Under the pieces are notes generated by a model, which was not told the origin of the DNA, did no database searches, and worked only from the letters and a program-made list of their open reading frames with translations. The translations under genes were made by a program, and so were the position numbers. DNA of 49,554 bases, from positions 1 through 49,554 of the forward strand of contig CAYGCC010000486.1 of NCBI GenBank assembly GCA_964348165.1. The letters run 5' to 3'. This DNA comes from an uncultured Gemmatimonadota bacterium (GTDB lineage: Bacteria; Gemmatimonadota; Gemmatimonadetes; Palauibacterales; KS3-K002). Shown here in pieces: positions 10,170-19,747 of the stretch (position 1 is its first letter; every line of letters starts with the position of its first letter).

Positions 10170-10442
10170 ATGCCGCCGCGGACTGATACCCAGACGGCGA
10201 TATGCGTGCGATCGCTGTTCTTCGCCTCCTACCGAGACCTGTTGGGGGTCGAAGAGCTGGAGATCGTGCTGCCCAAGCGCTCCAGCGTCCGGACGCTGAT
10301 CGAGGCCGTCAGGGCCCGGCCCGGCGGCGCTGCGCTTCCCGAGGCGGTGGTGGTGGCCGTCAACCGCGACTACGCGGCGGCGGACACGATCCTGGCCGAT
10401 GGAGACGAGGTGGCGTTCATCCCACCTGTGGCGGGCGGATGA
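10170..10442 (+). CDS. moaD: Molybdopterin synthase sulfur carrier subunit (MoaD/ThiS family)
   Basis: LFFASYRD, VAVN, DGDEVAFIPPVAGG with C-terminal GG. Confidence 0.93.
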   Translation: MPPRTDTQTAICVRSLFFASYRDLLGVEELEIVLPKRSSVRTLIEAVRARPGGAALPEAVVVAVNRDYAAADTILADGDEVAFIPPVAGG

Positions 10443-10882
10443 GTTTGTACTGCCGCATCACGGCGGATCCGATTGACAGCCTGGCGCTGATGCGCCACGT
10501 GCGCCGCGACGTCGACGGCGCCGTGATCCTGTTCACCGGAGTCGTGAGAAACCACGACGGCGGACGTCGCGTGACCGGCCTGCGCTACGAGGCGTATGAG
10601 GCGATGGCCACGGGAAAGATCAGCGAGATCTGTGAGGTGGTGCGCGGCCAATTCGCGGTGAGCGACATCGCCGTCGTGCACCGCACCGGCGATCTCGAGG
10701 TCGGTGACATCAGCGTGGCGATCGCCGTCGCCGCGCCGCATCGTGACGAAGCGTACAAAGCGTCCCGAGAGGTGATCGAACGCCTCAAGCGTGAGGTGCC
10801 AATCTGGAAACGGGAGCGCTACGCCGACGGGGAAGAGGTATGGCTGGAGGGCGCAGCACCGCGCCCCTCCAAGGCCGACTGA
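10439..10882 (+). CDS. moaE: Molybdopterin synthase catalytic subunit
   Basis: GAVILFTGVVRN, LRYEAY, HRTGDL, APHR, LKREVPIWKRE; ATGA overlap with moaD. Confidence 0.95.
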   Translation: MSLYCRITADPIDSLALMRHVRRDVDGAVILFTGVVRNHDGGRRVTGLRYEAYEAMATGKISEICEVVRGQFAVSDIAVVHRTGDLEVGDISVAIAVAAPHRDEAYKASREVIERLKREVPIWKRERYADGEEVWLEGAAPRPSKAD

Positions 10883-10920
10883 CCCTCTGCGCCACGGGGT
10901 TGTTCAACCGCTTTAATCAC

Positions 10921-10949
10921 TTGCCCAGGCACGCTTTGTGCTTTAGGTT
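10921..10949 (+). promoter_or_regulatory. Putative sigma70 promoter for mdh-sdh
   Basis: TTGCCC, 17 nt spacer, TAGGTT in the moaE-mdh intergenic region. Confidence 0.4.
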
Positions 10950-11023
10950 GCCGCGCGAAGTCCTTTCACGCACCTAGCCCCATAACCTGCAAGCCCGCGG
11001 AGTCCGGCGGGCGGCCAGTGTAG

Positions 11024-12031
<1,008 letters not shown>

Positions 12032-12088
12032 GCTGGAATGCCAAACCCGAGGCGCCCCGCGCCTCGGACACCAACTGTCGGAGCTTAG

Positions 12089-12484
12089 ATGAACTCCTAC
12101 ACTATGAGCTTCAAGGAGGCGGTGAAGTACCGGGGCGGGGTGAGCATGTGGGCCTGGGCGCTGCACCGACTCACCGGCCTGGGCGTGGCGCTTTTTCTTG
12201 CCATCCATATCTTCGAGACCTTTATCATTGTCCTGGGGCCCGAAGCCTACAACGAAGCGCTCGCCACCTACAACACGGTCGCGTTCAGAATCGCCGAAAT
12301 CGCGCTGCTCTTCGCGGTTCTTTATCACGCGGTCAACGGTATACGGATCACCATCCAGGACCTGTGGCCGGCGCTTTGGCGTTACGAGCGCGCGCTCATC
12401 TGGGCCAGCGCGGTGTTGATCGTGGGCGTTTTCGCGCCACTGGCCGTTTGGGGGCTGCTGCCCGTGTTCAGAGGGGAGCTTTAG
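12089..12484 (+). CDS. sdhC: Succinate dehydrogenase cytochrome b subunit
   Basis: WALHRLTG, IHI, YHAVNGIRI; three TM helices; start 12089 or 12104. Confidence 0.92.
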   Translation: MNSYTMSFKEAVKYRGGVSMWAWALHRLTGLGVALFLAIHIFETFIIVLGPEAYNEALATYNTVAFRIAEIALLFAVLYHAVNGIRITIQDLWPALWRYERALIWASAVLIVGVFAPLAVWGLLPVFRGEL

Positions 12485-12487
12485 CAG

Positions 12488-12862
12488 ATGGCCACCTATC
12501 CGGGCGCGCAGCCGATCGGTCGCTTCGAGACGATGTCTTGGCTGTTCATGCGCGTCTCGGGGATCGTTTTGCTGTTCATGGCGGTAATTCACCTGGTGAT
12601 CATGCACTACGGGATTGGCGTCGAGAACTTGACCTTCGACGTCGTCGCCGAGCGTTGGGCCAACCCCTGGTGGCGGCTCTACGATTTCTTTCTGCTCGGC
12701 CTGGCCTGGACCCACGGTGTGAACGGGGCTCGCATCGTCATCTCCGATTACGTGCGGCCCCGAGGCTGGCGTTTTCTGGCCCATACCTTTCTTGCCGCCG
12801 TCTACGTGGTGCTCCTGGTCATGGGCGCTTATGCGATCTTGACCTTCAACGTCATGGCCTAA
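12488..12862 (+). CDS. sdhD: Succinate dehydrogenase membrane anchor subunit
   Basis: WLFMRVSG, IHLVIMH, VAERW, THGVNG...DY. Confidence 0.92.
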   Translation: MATYPGAQPIGRFETMSWLFMRVSGIVLLFMAVIHLVIMHYGIGVENLTFDVVAERWANPWWRLYDFFLLGLAWTHGVNGARIVISDYVRPRGWRFLAHTFLAAVYVVLLVMGAYAILTFNVMA

Positions 12863-14614
12863 ATGTCGACCCGCATAGAGCTTCACCAATTCGATGCCGT
12901 CGTCGTCGGCGGCGGTGGCGCCGGCCTGGCCGCCGCCGTGTTTCTCGCCCGACAGAGCAACCTTCGCACGGCCGTGGTCAGTAAGCTGTACCCGACCCGC
13001 TCCCACACCGGCACGGCCCAGGGGGGTATCGGCGCCGCCCTCGGTAACTGTGATCCCGAGGGTGACCGCTGGGAATGGCACATGTTCGACACGATCAAAG
13101 GGAGCGACTACCTGGCCGACCAGGACGCAGTCGAGGTCATGTGCCGGGACGCGGTCGACGTGGTGTACGAGCTCGAACACATGGGGCTACCGTTCAGCCG
13201 CACCGAGGAGGGCCGTATCGCCCAGCGGCGCTTTGGCGGTCATACGATGAACTTCGGCGGAGCGCCGGTGCACCGCTCATGCTACGCGGCCGACCGTACG
13301 GGCCACATGATCTTGCAGACACTTTACCAGCAGTGCATCAAACATGCGGTCGAGTTCTTCGATGAGTTTCACGTCGTCGATCTGCGGATGGACGGGCGAC
13401 GCTGTCAGGGTGTAGTCGCCGTGGAGATCCGCACCGGCACGCTGCACTTCTTCCAGGCGAAGGCGGTGCTGTTCGCCACCGGCGGCTGGGGGCGCATGTT
13501 CCAGATCACGTCCAACGCCGTGACGCTCACGGGCGACGCGGCGGCGCTGGTCTGGCGGCGCGGCGTGCCACTGGAGGACATGGAGTTCTTCCAGATCCAC
13601 CCCACCGGGATCTACAAGCTGGGGATCCTGATCACCGAAGGGGTGCGGGGGGAGGGTGGCGTCCTCAGGAACAAGGACGGGGAACGCTTCATGGAGCGCT
13701 ATGCGCCCAGCCTCAAAGACCTGGCCTCCCGGGACGTGGTCTCGCGAGCGATCTATCGCGAGATCGCCGAGGGGAAGGGGATCGGAGGCAAGCGCTACGT
13801 TCACCTCGACGCGACCCATCTCGGACGTGACATTATCGAGACGCGTCTGCCCGACATCGCCGACTTCTGTCGGACCTACATCGGGGTCGACCCCAGCCAG
13901 GAACCGATGCCGGTTCAGCCCACGGCTCACTACGCCATGGGCGGTCTGCCGACCGACATCGACGGCCGAGTGTTGTTCTCGGCGGACGGCACGCCAACGG
14001 ACGGTCTCTACGCAGCCGGCGAATGCGCCTGCGTTTCGGTCCACGGCGCCAACCGTCTGGGCACGAACTCGCTTCTCGACCTGGTCGTCTTTGGCCGTCG
14101 GGCCGGGCTCCATATGGGCGCCTACGCCGCGGGAGTCGAGTTTGGCTCGCGACCGGCGGACCCGGCTGCGCCCGCGCTCGAGGCGCTAGAGCGCATCCGT
14201 CAGGGGAGCGGCGAGCGGGCGGCGACCCTGCGCGAGGAGATGCAGACGGTGATGACCGAGCACGTGTCCGTGTTCCGAGAGGCCCCCGGGCTCGATCAGG
14301 CGGTCAGCAAGCTGCGTCAGCTGCGCGAGCGCTTCAACGACCTGCATATCGACGATAAGGGATTCAGCTTCAACCTCGATCTGTTGGAAGCCTTCGAGCT
14401 GGGTTGCCTACTCGACTGCGCTTATGCCACCGCCGTATCGGCTCTGAATCGGACCGAGAGTCGCGGTGCCCATAGCCGGGAGGACTTTCCCGAGCGCAAC
14501 GACGATGAATGGCTCAAGCACACCTTCGTGCATCTGAGGCCGGACGGGGAAGTCGAATTCACCTACAAGCCGGTTACGATCACGAGGTTCCAGCCGAAAG
14601 AACGAGTTTACTGA
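12863..14614 (+). CDS. sdhA: Succinate dehydrogenase flavoprotein subunit
   Basis: GGGGAG, RSHTGTAQGG (FAD His), QIHPTG, HYAMGG, HGANRLGTNSL, ESRGAH. Confidence 0.97.
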   Translation: MSTRIELHQFDAVVVGGGGAGLAAAVFLARQSNLRTAVVSKLYPTRSHTGTAQGGIGAALGNCDPEGDRWEWHMFDTIKGSDYLADQDAVEVMCRDAVDVVYELEHMGLPFSRTEEGRIAQRRFGGHTMNFGGAPVHRSCYAADRTGHMILQTLYQQCIKHAVEFFDEFHVVDLRMDGRRCQGVVAVEIRTGTLHFFQAKAVLFATGGWGRMFQITSNAVTLTGDAAALVWRRGVPLEDMEFFQIHPTGIYKLGILITEGVRGEGGVLRNKDGERFMERYAPSLKDLASRDVVSRAIYREIAEGKGIGGKRYVHLDATHLGRDIIETRLPDIADFCRTYIGVDPSQEPMPVQPTAHYAMGGLPTDIDGRVLFSADGTPTDGLYAAGECACVSVHGANRLGTNSLLDLVVFGRRAGLHMGAYAAGVEFGSRPADPAAPALEALERIRQGSGERAATLREEMQTVMTEHVSVFREAPGLDQAVSKLRQLRERFNDLHIDDKGFSFNLDLLEAFELGCLLDCAYATAVSALNRTESRGAHSREDFPERNDDEWLKHTFVHLRPDGEVEFTYKPVTITRFQPKERVY

Positions 14615-14620
14615 TAGAGG

Positions 14621-15325
14621 ATGCGAATGCGAGTCCGCTTCGAGATCAAGCGATTCAATCCAGAGGTTGACAAAGCTCCTTATTTCAAGTCCTACGACGT
14701 TGAAATGGATGAGACCGACCGAGTGCTGGACGGTCTCAATGAGATTCGTTGGCGCCTCGATGGGACTCTGGCCTTCCGACGGTCCTGCGAGCATGGTATC
14801 TGCGGCTCGGACGCCATGCGGATCAATGGACGCAATCGGCTCGCCTGTAAGACCCTCGTCCGCGAGGTCGGCGCGCAAGTACGCGTGGAGCCCATCCTGG
14901 GCTTTCCGGTTCTGCGCGACCTGATCATCGATCAGGATCGCTTCTTCCGGAATTACCGCCACGTCCTCCCTTATCTTATCAACGATGATCCGGCGCCGTC
15001 GCGTGAACGGCTGCAGAGCCCCAAGGAACGAGCGCGCTTTGACGACACCACGAAGTGCATCCTTTGCGCCGCCTGCACGACGGCATGCCCGTCCGCTTGG
15101 GCCGATGAATCGTTCCTTGGGCCCGCGGCGCTCGTTCAGGCTCACCGCTTCATCTTTGACAGCCGGGACCATGGGGCAAAGGAGCGGTTGGCCAGGCTCA
15201 GCGGCCGGGACGGTGCCTGGGGCTGCCGAACCATTTACAACTGCACTCAGGCTTGCCCCCGCGATATCCAGGTGACCCGCGCCATCGCCGAGGTCAAGCG
15301 GGCGGCGATCTTGAGGGGGCCTTAA
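14621..15325 (+). CDS. sdhB: Succinate dehydrogenase iron-sulfur subunit
   Basis: RRSCEHGICGSD...LAC, CILCAACTTACP, CRTIYNCTQACP. Confidence 0.97.
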   Translation: MRMRVRFEIKRFNPEVDKAPYFKSYDVEMDETDRVLDGLNEIRWRLDGTLAFRRSCEHGICGSDAMRINGRNRLACKTLVREVGAQVRVEPILGFPVLRDLIIDQDRFFRNYRHVLPYLINDDPAPSRERLQSPKERARFDDTTKCILCAACTTACPSAWADESFLGPAALVQAHRFIFDSRDHGAKERLARLSGRDGAWGCRTIYNCTQACPRDIQVTRAIAEVKRAAILRGP

Positions 15326-15434
15326 AGCGTCTTGTCGGCTCAGGCGCCTAACCCTTTAAGCCTTTTAGAGATGCTGGTGTCCATCTCAACCAGCCTCGGT
15401 ACTGTGCCTTCCCGGGCCGCCTGGGAGGGGTAGC

Positions 15435-16022
15435 GTGAGCTACCTCCAGTTCCTCATCCAGTGGTACAACTGGCCCTACATGGCCGCGCTGCTACTCGCG
15501 GCGCTCTCGCTGTTTCCGTCCACGATATTGGATCGAAGCGGCCGCGTGGTGGGCCGGCGGCTGGGATTCGAGAGGGTGTCGGGGCGGACGACGTTGCGGA
15601 CGTTCGCTCTGGCTTTTTGCGTCGTGGGTCTGACGATCAACGGTGCTCTGCACGACTACTGGCCGTCGGCGCAGGAGAGAGGGTTCATCCCTGGGCTGAT
15701 ATTGACGACGACGCTGGCGGCGCTGTTCACACGTGCGCTTGGCCGCTCTTTGGAACGACATTTCCCCGAGATCAAGGCGGTAGGTTGGGGTTCACCGAAC
15801 CTCAGCGGGCAGGAGGGTCGGGTGGTCAGTCGCCTCGTGAGTCCCGATTATCGAGCCGGACGGGCGCAGGTCATGGTCGAGGACGAGGAGACTCTTCACA
15901 TGGTCCTGATCAAGACGCGGGAAGGCGAGATCCCCTATGGCGCCACGGTGGTCTTGGGTGAATATGATGACAGCGACGGGCGCTATTACGTCGAGCTACC
16001 AGACGAGGCGCCCGCTGGCTGA
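15435..16022 (+). CDS. Membrane protein with C-terminal NfeD/YqiJ-like OB-fold
   Basis: Three hydrophobic segments, then LSGQEGRVVSRLV...GRAQV...IPYGATVVLGEY, the NfeD C-domain pattern; GGGAGGGG SD. Confidence 0.6.
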   Translation: MSYLQFLIQWYNWPYMAALLLAALSLFPSTILDRSGRVVGRRLGFERVSGRTTLRTFALAFCVVGLTINGALHDYWPSAQERGFIPGLILTTTLAALFTRALGRSLERHFPEIKAVGWGSPNLSGQEGRVVSRLVSPDYRAGRAQVMVEDEETLHMVLIKTREGEIPYGATVVLGEYDDSDGRYYVELPDEAPAG

Positions 16023-16073
16023 GTCGATTTCGATCTGTGATCGTGAGCTGTTGGTCCCTGGGTTCCCAGCGAC

Positions 16074-17741
16074 ATGAAACGGTTCGCATTCTCTGTCTTA
16101 CCAGGTATCGTGGCTCTGGTGCTGCCGATCGCCGGTTGCGGTGACCGCGAGACCGAACGCGAGGCCGTGGGCCTCACCCGCGCCGCCTTCGATGCGCGTC
16201 TGCGCTTTCTTTCGAGTGACCTTCTGAAGGGTCGGGCCGCGGGGACGTTGGGCGCTGATATCGCGGCGCGTTACATCACAAATCAGCTCGAACTTGCCGG
16301 CCTTCGACCCGCGGTGGGCGATACGAGCTTCTTCCAACCGTTCGACCTTCTCGCCACCTCCCAACAGCTGAGCCTCTCCTTCCGGGCCCCGGGTGGAGCC
16401 GCTCTGTCTCCGGACCCGGGGACGGAATTCGTGGGCTGGACCGGCGACACGGTGACCGCCGGAGCAGCCAGCGGCGCGCTGGTGTTCGCAGGTTACGGGA
16501 TCTATGCCCCGGAAGTGAGCCGCGACGATTTCAAGAACCTGGATGTGTCGGGGAAATTCCTGCTCGTGCTGCCGAGCACCCCGGAGTCGGATTCCGTGCA
16601 GCTCTCGACCGGCGGGGCGCTGAGCCGCCGCGCCCGCTGGACCGACAAGCTCGAGGAGGCGAGCCGCCGCGGAGCGGCGGGGGTCATCTTCGTGCACTCG
16701 CCGGAGCTTTCCGGTCATGGTTGGGAGGTGGTCCGCGCGGTCGCCCGGAGCACCCGGCTCACCCTGGCGGACGGCTCCGATGCCCCCGAGTTGAGCCTGG
16801 TGGCGTGGCTCAGCCTGGAGACGGTGCAGGAGCTGGTGTCGATGGCCGGGATCGATCTCGAGACCTTGCTCGAGCTGGCCGGATCGCCCGAGTTCCAGCC
16901 GCTGGGCACGGGCGTAACCGCGTCGGCGAACTTCACGAACGAAGTGCGGAGTCTACGTGGTGTGAACGTCGCCGGTTGGCTACCGGGAAGCGATCCGCAG
17001 CTTTCGCGCGAGTACGTGGTGTTTACTGCGCACTACGACCAGCTCGGAGTCGGTGCGGCGATCGAGCTGGATTCCGTCTACAACGGAGCCTACGACAATG
17101 CTTCTGGAGCCGCGCTCTTGCTGGGGCTCGCCGAGGCCTTCGCGCAGCTGTCACCGGCGCCCCGTCGATCGCTGCTGTTTCTGGCGCTGGCCGCCGGCGT
17201 GACGGGACCGATAGGAACGCGCGCCTACATACGAGCGCCGGTCGTCCCCATCTCCCGGACAGCTGCGGCGATCAATCTGGACGGCGTGAATCTTTGGGGG
17301 CCGACCCGCGACATCGTGGTGTGGGACGCCGAGCACTCGACGCTGGAGCGGCTCGCGACCGCCGCGGCGATCGCCGAGGGGTTGCGTGCCAGCGGCGGCG
17401 CGGTCAGTGGGGAGCTTATCCAGTATCCGTCGGACCATGAGCGCTTCGCCCGCGCCGGCGTCCCAGCGGTCCGTGTTGGGCACGGCAGCGACTTCGTTGG
17501 GCGGTTACCGGAATGGGGACGACAGCGGCTGCAGGAGTATGTGGAGCTGCACTATCTACGGCCCAGCGATGAATACCGTGCGGATCTCGACCTGCGCGGC
17601 GCCGTACAACAGGGACGTGTCGCGTTCCGCCTCGGGCTGCAGGTGGCGAATGGGCAAGAGCGGCCGGTGTGGAAGAACGGTTCGCCGCCCGTACCTGACG
17701 TCAGGTCCGCTTCCAGTGTCGGAAGGGCGACGGAGAACTGA
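16074..17741 (+). CDS. M28 family peptidase-like lipoprotein with PA domain, catalytic residues degenerate
   Basis: Lipobox IAGC; FLSSDLLKGR, LVFAGYGI (PA domain), TAHYD, NGAYDNASG, INLD, SDH. The EE motif and final His are replaced. Confidence 0.88.
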   Translation: MKRFAFSVLPGIVALVLPIAGCGDRETEREAVGLTRAAFDARLRFLSSDLLKGRAAGTLGADIAARYITNQLELAGLRPAVGDTSFFQPFDLLATSQQLSLSFRAPGGAALSPDPGTEFVGWTGDTVTAGAASGALVFAGYGIYAPEVSRDDFKNLDVSGKFLLVLPSTPESDSVQLSTGGALSRRARWTDKLEEASRRGAAGVIFVHSPELSGHGWEVVRAVARSTRLTLADGSDAPELSLVAWLSLETVQELVSMAGIDLETLLELAGSPEFQPLGTGVTASANFTNEVRSLRGVNVAGWLPGSDPQLSREYVVFTAHYDQLGVGAAIELDSVYNGAYDNASGAALLLGLAEAFAQLSPAPRRSLLFLALAAGVTGPIGTRAYIRAPVVPISRTAAAINLDGVNLWGPTRDIVVWDAEHSTLERLATAAAIAEGLRASGGAVSGELIQYPSDHERFARAGVPAVRVGHGSDFVGRLPEWGRQRLQEYVELHYLRPSDEYRADLDLRGAVQQGRVAFRLGLQVANGQERPVWKNGSPPVPDVRSASSVGRATEN

Positions 17742-17788
17742 GCGGCGGGCCCGCGTGAGGTTGGGGGTGACCCTGGGACCGGGACGGC

Positions 17789-18343
17789 TCAGATGCGAGG
17801 AAGGGTCACGCCGGCTTGCTTTTGGTACTTGCCTTTCTTGTCGGCGTAGCTGACCTCGCACGCCTCGTCGGACTCGAAGAACAGGACCTGAGATATCCCC
17901 TCGCCGCCGTAGATCTTTGCGGGCAGCGGGGTCGTGTTCGAGATCTCGAGCGTCACATGGCCTTCCCACTCCGGTTCGAAGGGTGTGACGTTGGTGATGA
18001 TGCCGCAACGCGCGTAGGTGGATTTGCCGACGCAGATCGTCATGACATTGCGTGGTATGCGGAAGTACTCCACCGACGTGGCGAGGGCGAAGGAGTTCGG
18101 TGGAATGATGCAGACATCGCCCTCGAACTCAACAAAGGATCCTTCGTCGAAGTTCTTCGGGTCCACGATCGCGCTGTTGACGTTGGTGAAGATCCGGAAG
18201 CTGCGAGCGACGCGCATGTCGTAACCATAGGAGCTGAGCCCGAAAGAGATGACGCCCTGTCGCACCTGTTTCTCCTCGAAAGGCTCGATCATCCCGTGCT
18301 CCAAAGCCATGCGACGAATCCAGCGGTCGCTCTTGATGGTCAT
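17789..18343 (-). CDS. dcd: dCTP deaminase
   Basis: MTIKSDRWI...[46 protein letters not shown]. Start reassigned to ATG 18343. Confidence 0.97.
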   Translation of the reverse strand: MTIKSDRWIRRMALEHGMIEPFEEKQVRQGVISFGLSSYGYDMRVARSFRIFTNVNSAIVDPKNFDEGSFVEFEGDVCIIPPNSFALATSVEYFRIPRNVMTICVGKSTYARCGIITNVTPFEPEWEGHVTLEISNTTPLPAKIYGGEGISQVLFFESDEACEVSYADKKGKYQKQAGVTLPRI

Positions 18344-18392
18344 CAATTCTCCCGGGCCGAGGGGCAAAATGGGCTGCCGATTTGAGTCGCGG

Positions 18393-18420
18393 AATATAGC
18401 TCCGTAAAAGGCCGGATCAA
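18393..18420 (-). promoter_or_regulatory. Putative sigma70 promoter for dcd
   Basis: Minus strand TTGATC, 16 nt spacer, TATATT; back-to-back with the nuo promoter. Confidence 0.45.
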
Positions 18421-18434
18421 GGCACGATCTTCGC

Positions 18435-18462
18435 TTGACACGGTAGGTTGCGGTGTTATTAT
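18435..18462 (+). promoter_or_regulatory. Putative sigma70 promoter for the nuo operon
   Basis: TTGACA, 16 nt spacer, TATTAT with extended -10 TGn. Confidence 0.65.
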
Positions 18463-18506
18463 GCGGCGATTTTGGCACACCTTCAGTAGCTGGGGGCTGA
18501 TCGGCC

Positions 18507-18863
18507 ATGTTGCGGGAGTACGTTCCGGTCCTGATGATCTTCGGCGTGAGTCTGGGCGTCGCGGCGGTTATGGTTATCGGATCCCACTTGTTGAGCACCT
18601 ACCGGCCGACGGCCGTCAAGAGTCAGGCTTACGAGTCCGGCATGCCACCGCTGGGCGATGCACGGGAACGCTTCGCCGTGAAGTACTATGTGGTGGCGAT
18701 GCTGTTTCTGCTGTTCGATGTGGAAGTGGTCTTTCTGTTCACCTGGGGCGCGGTCTTCCGGCGGCTGGGGCTATTCGGCTATGTCGCCATCCTGGTGTTC
18801 CTCCTTCTGCTGGTCGTGGGGCTGCTTTACGAGTGGCGGAAAGGCGCGCTGGAATGGGACTAG
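18507..18863 (+). CDS. nuoA: NADH-quinone oxidoreductase subunit A
   Basis: [28 protein letters not shown]. Confidence 0.97.
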   Translation: MLREYVPVLMIFGVSLGVAAVMVIGSHLLSTYRPTAVKSQAYESGMPPLGDARERFAVKYYVVAMLFLLFDVEVVFLFTWGAVFRRLGLFGYVAILVFLLLLVVGLLYEWRKGALEWD

Positions 18864-18970
18864 CCGGCGCGGTGAGGAACGGGTGCGGGGTTGGAGTTTG
18901 AGATCAGACGGAACGTCAATTGCGGCGCGCGACTAGCGATAGTGACTCGACAACAGTTTGAACGATAGAT

Positions 18971-19645
18971 ATGGCCAAAGACGAACGGGGCGAGGCCGGA
19001 GCACAGCGACGTCAAGTCGAAACTGAGATCCCTCGCAATTGGATTACGACGCGTCTCGATGACCTGATCAATTGGGCGCGCCGCAACAGCTTGTGGCCCA
19101 TGCCTCTGGGCACGGCGTGCTGCGCGATCGAGATGATGGCGGCCGCCGCCTCCAAGTATGACATCGCGCGCTACGGCATGGAGCGCATGTCGTACAGCCC
19201 CCGGCAGGCGGACTGCATGATCGTGGCCGGGCGGGTCGCCTACAAAATGGCGCCAGTCATCCGCCGGATCTGGGACCAGATGCCTCAGCCCAAGTGGTGC
19301 ATCAGTATGGGGGCCTGCGCATCGACCGGTGGCATCTTCGACAACTACACGATGGTCCAGGGGGTCGACACGATCGTGCCGGTCGATGTCTACGTGCCCG
19401 GCTGTCCCCCACGCCCCGAAGGGCTCATCTACGCGCTCTTGATGATTCGAGAGAAGATCAAGGGCGAGTCGATTGCCGACCTGCGCTCGCGGGAAGAGGC
19501 ACCCGATCGAGTAGGGAAGCCCTATCTCTCGTCAGAGCAAGTGGAGTTGGTGGCCTCACCCTTCGGCAACTCGACCTGGCAAAACCGAGTGAGCGGCCTG
19601 GAAAGCTCCTCGCCTATTCTCCGCCCCGGCGACCGCAAAGAGTGA
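18971..19645 (+). CDS. nuoB: NADH-quinone oxidoreductase subunit B
   Basis: [30 protein letters not shown]; extended C-terminus. Confidence 0.97.
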   Translation: MAKDERGEAGAQRRQVETEIPRNWITTRLDDLINWARRNSLWPMPLGTACCAIEMMAAAASKYDIARYGMERMSYSPRQADCMIVAGRVAYKMAPVIRRIWDQMPQPKWCISMGACASTGGIFDNYTMVQGVDTIVPVDVYVPGCPPRPEGLIYALLMIREKIKGESIADLRSREEAPDRVGKPYLSSEQVELVASPFGNSTWQNRVSGLESSSPILRPGDRKE

Positions 19646-19747
19646 GCGCGGCGGACCTCGCCCGCGTACGGACCATCGGCCGGTGCGGGCTCCGCACGAC
19701 GGGCCGGTGCCCAAGCGGGAAGACTGTGAACGGCAGATCCGATACAA

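Noticed and set aside
18344..18598. Long N-terminal extensions in the ORF track for dcd (also pgk, HU, moaE, sucC, fabH, fabD, fabG and the lipoprotein)
   Set aside because: They overlap neighbouring genes or promoters; downstream starts match family N-termini and SD or coupling signals.
19646..19747. Short repeat GGCCGGTGC twice and a small hairpin between nuoB and nuoCD
   Set aside because: Too short to be distinguished from chance in GC-rich DNA.
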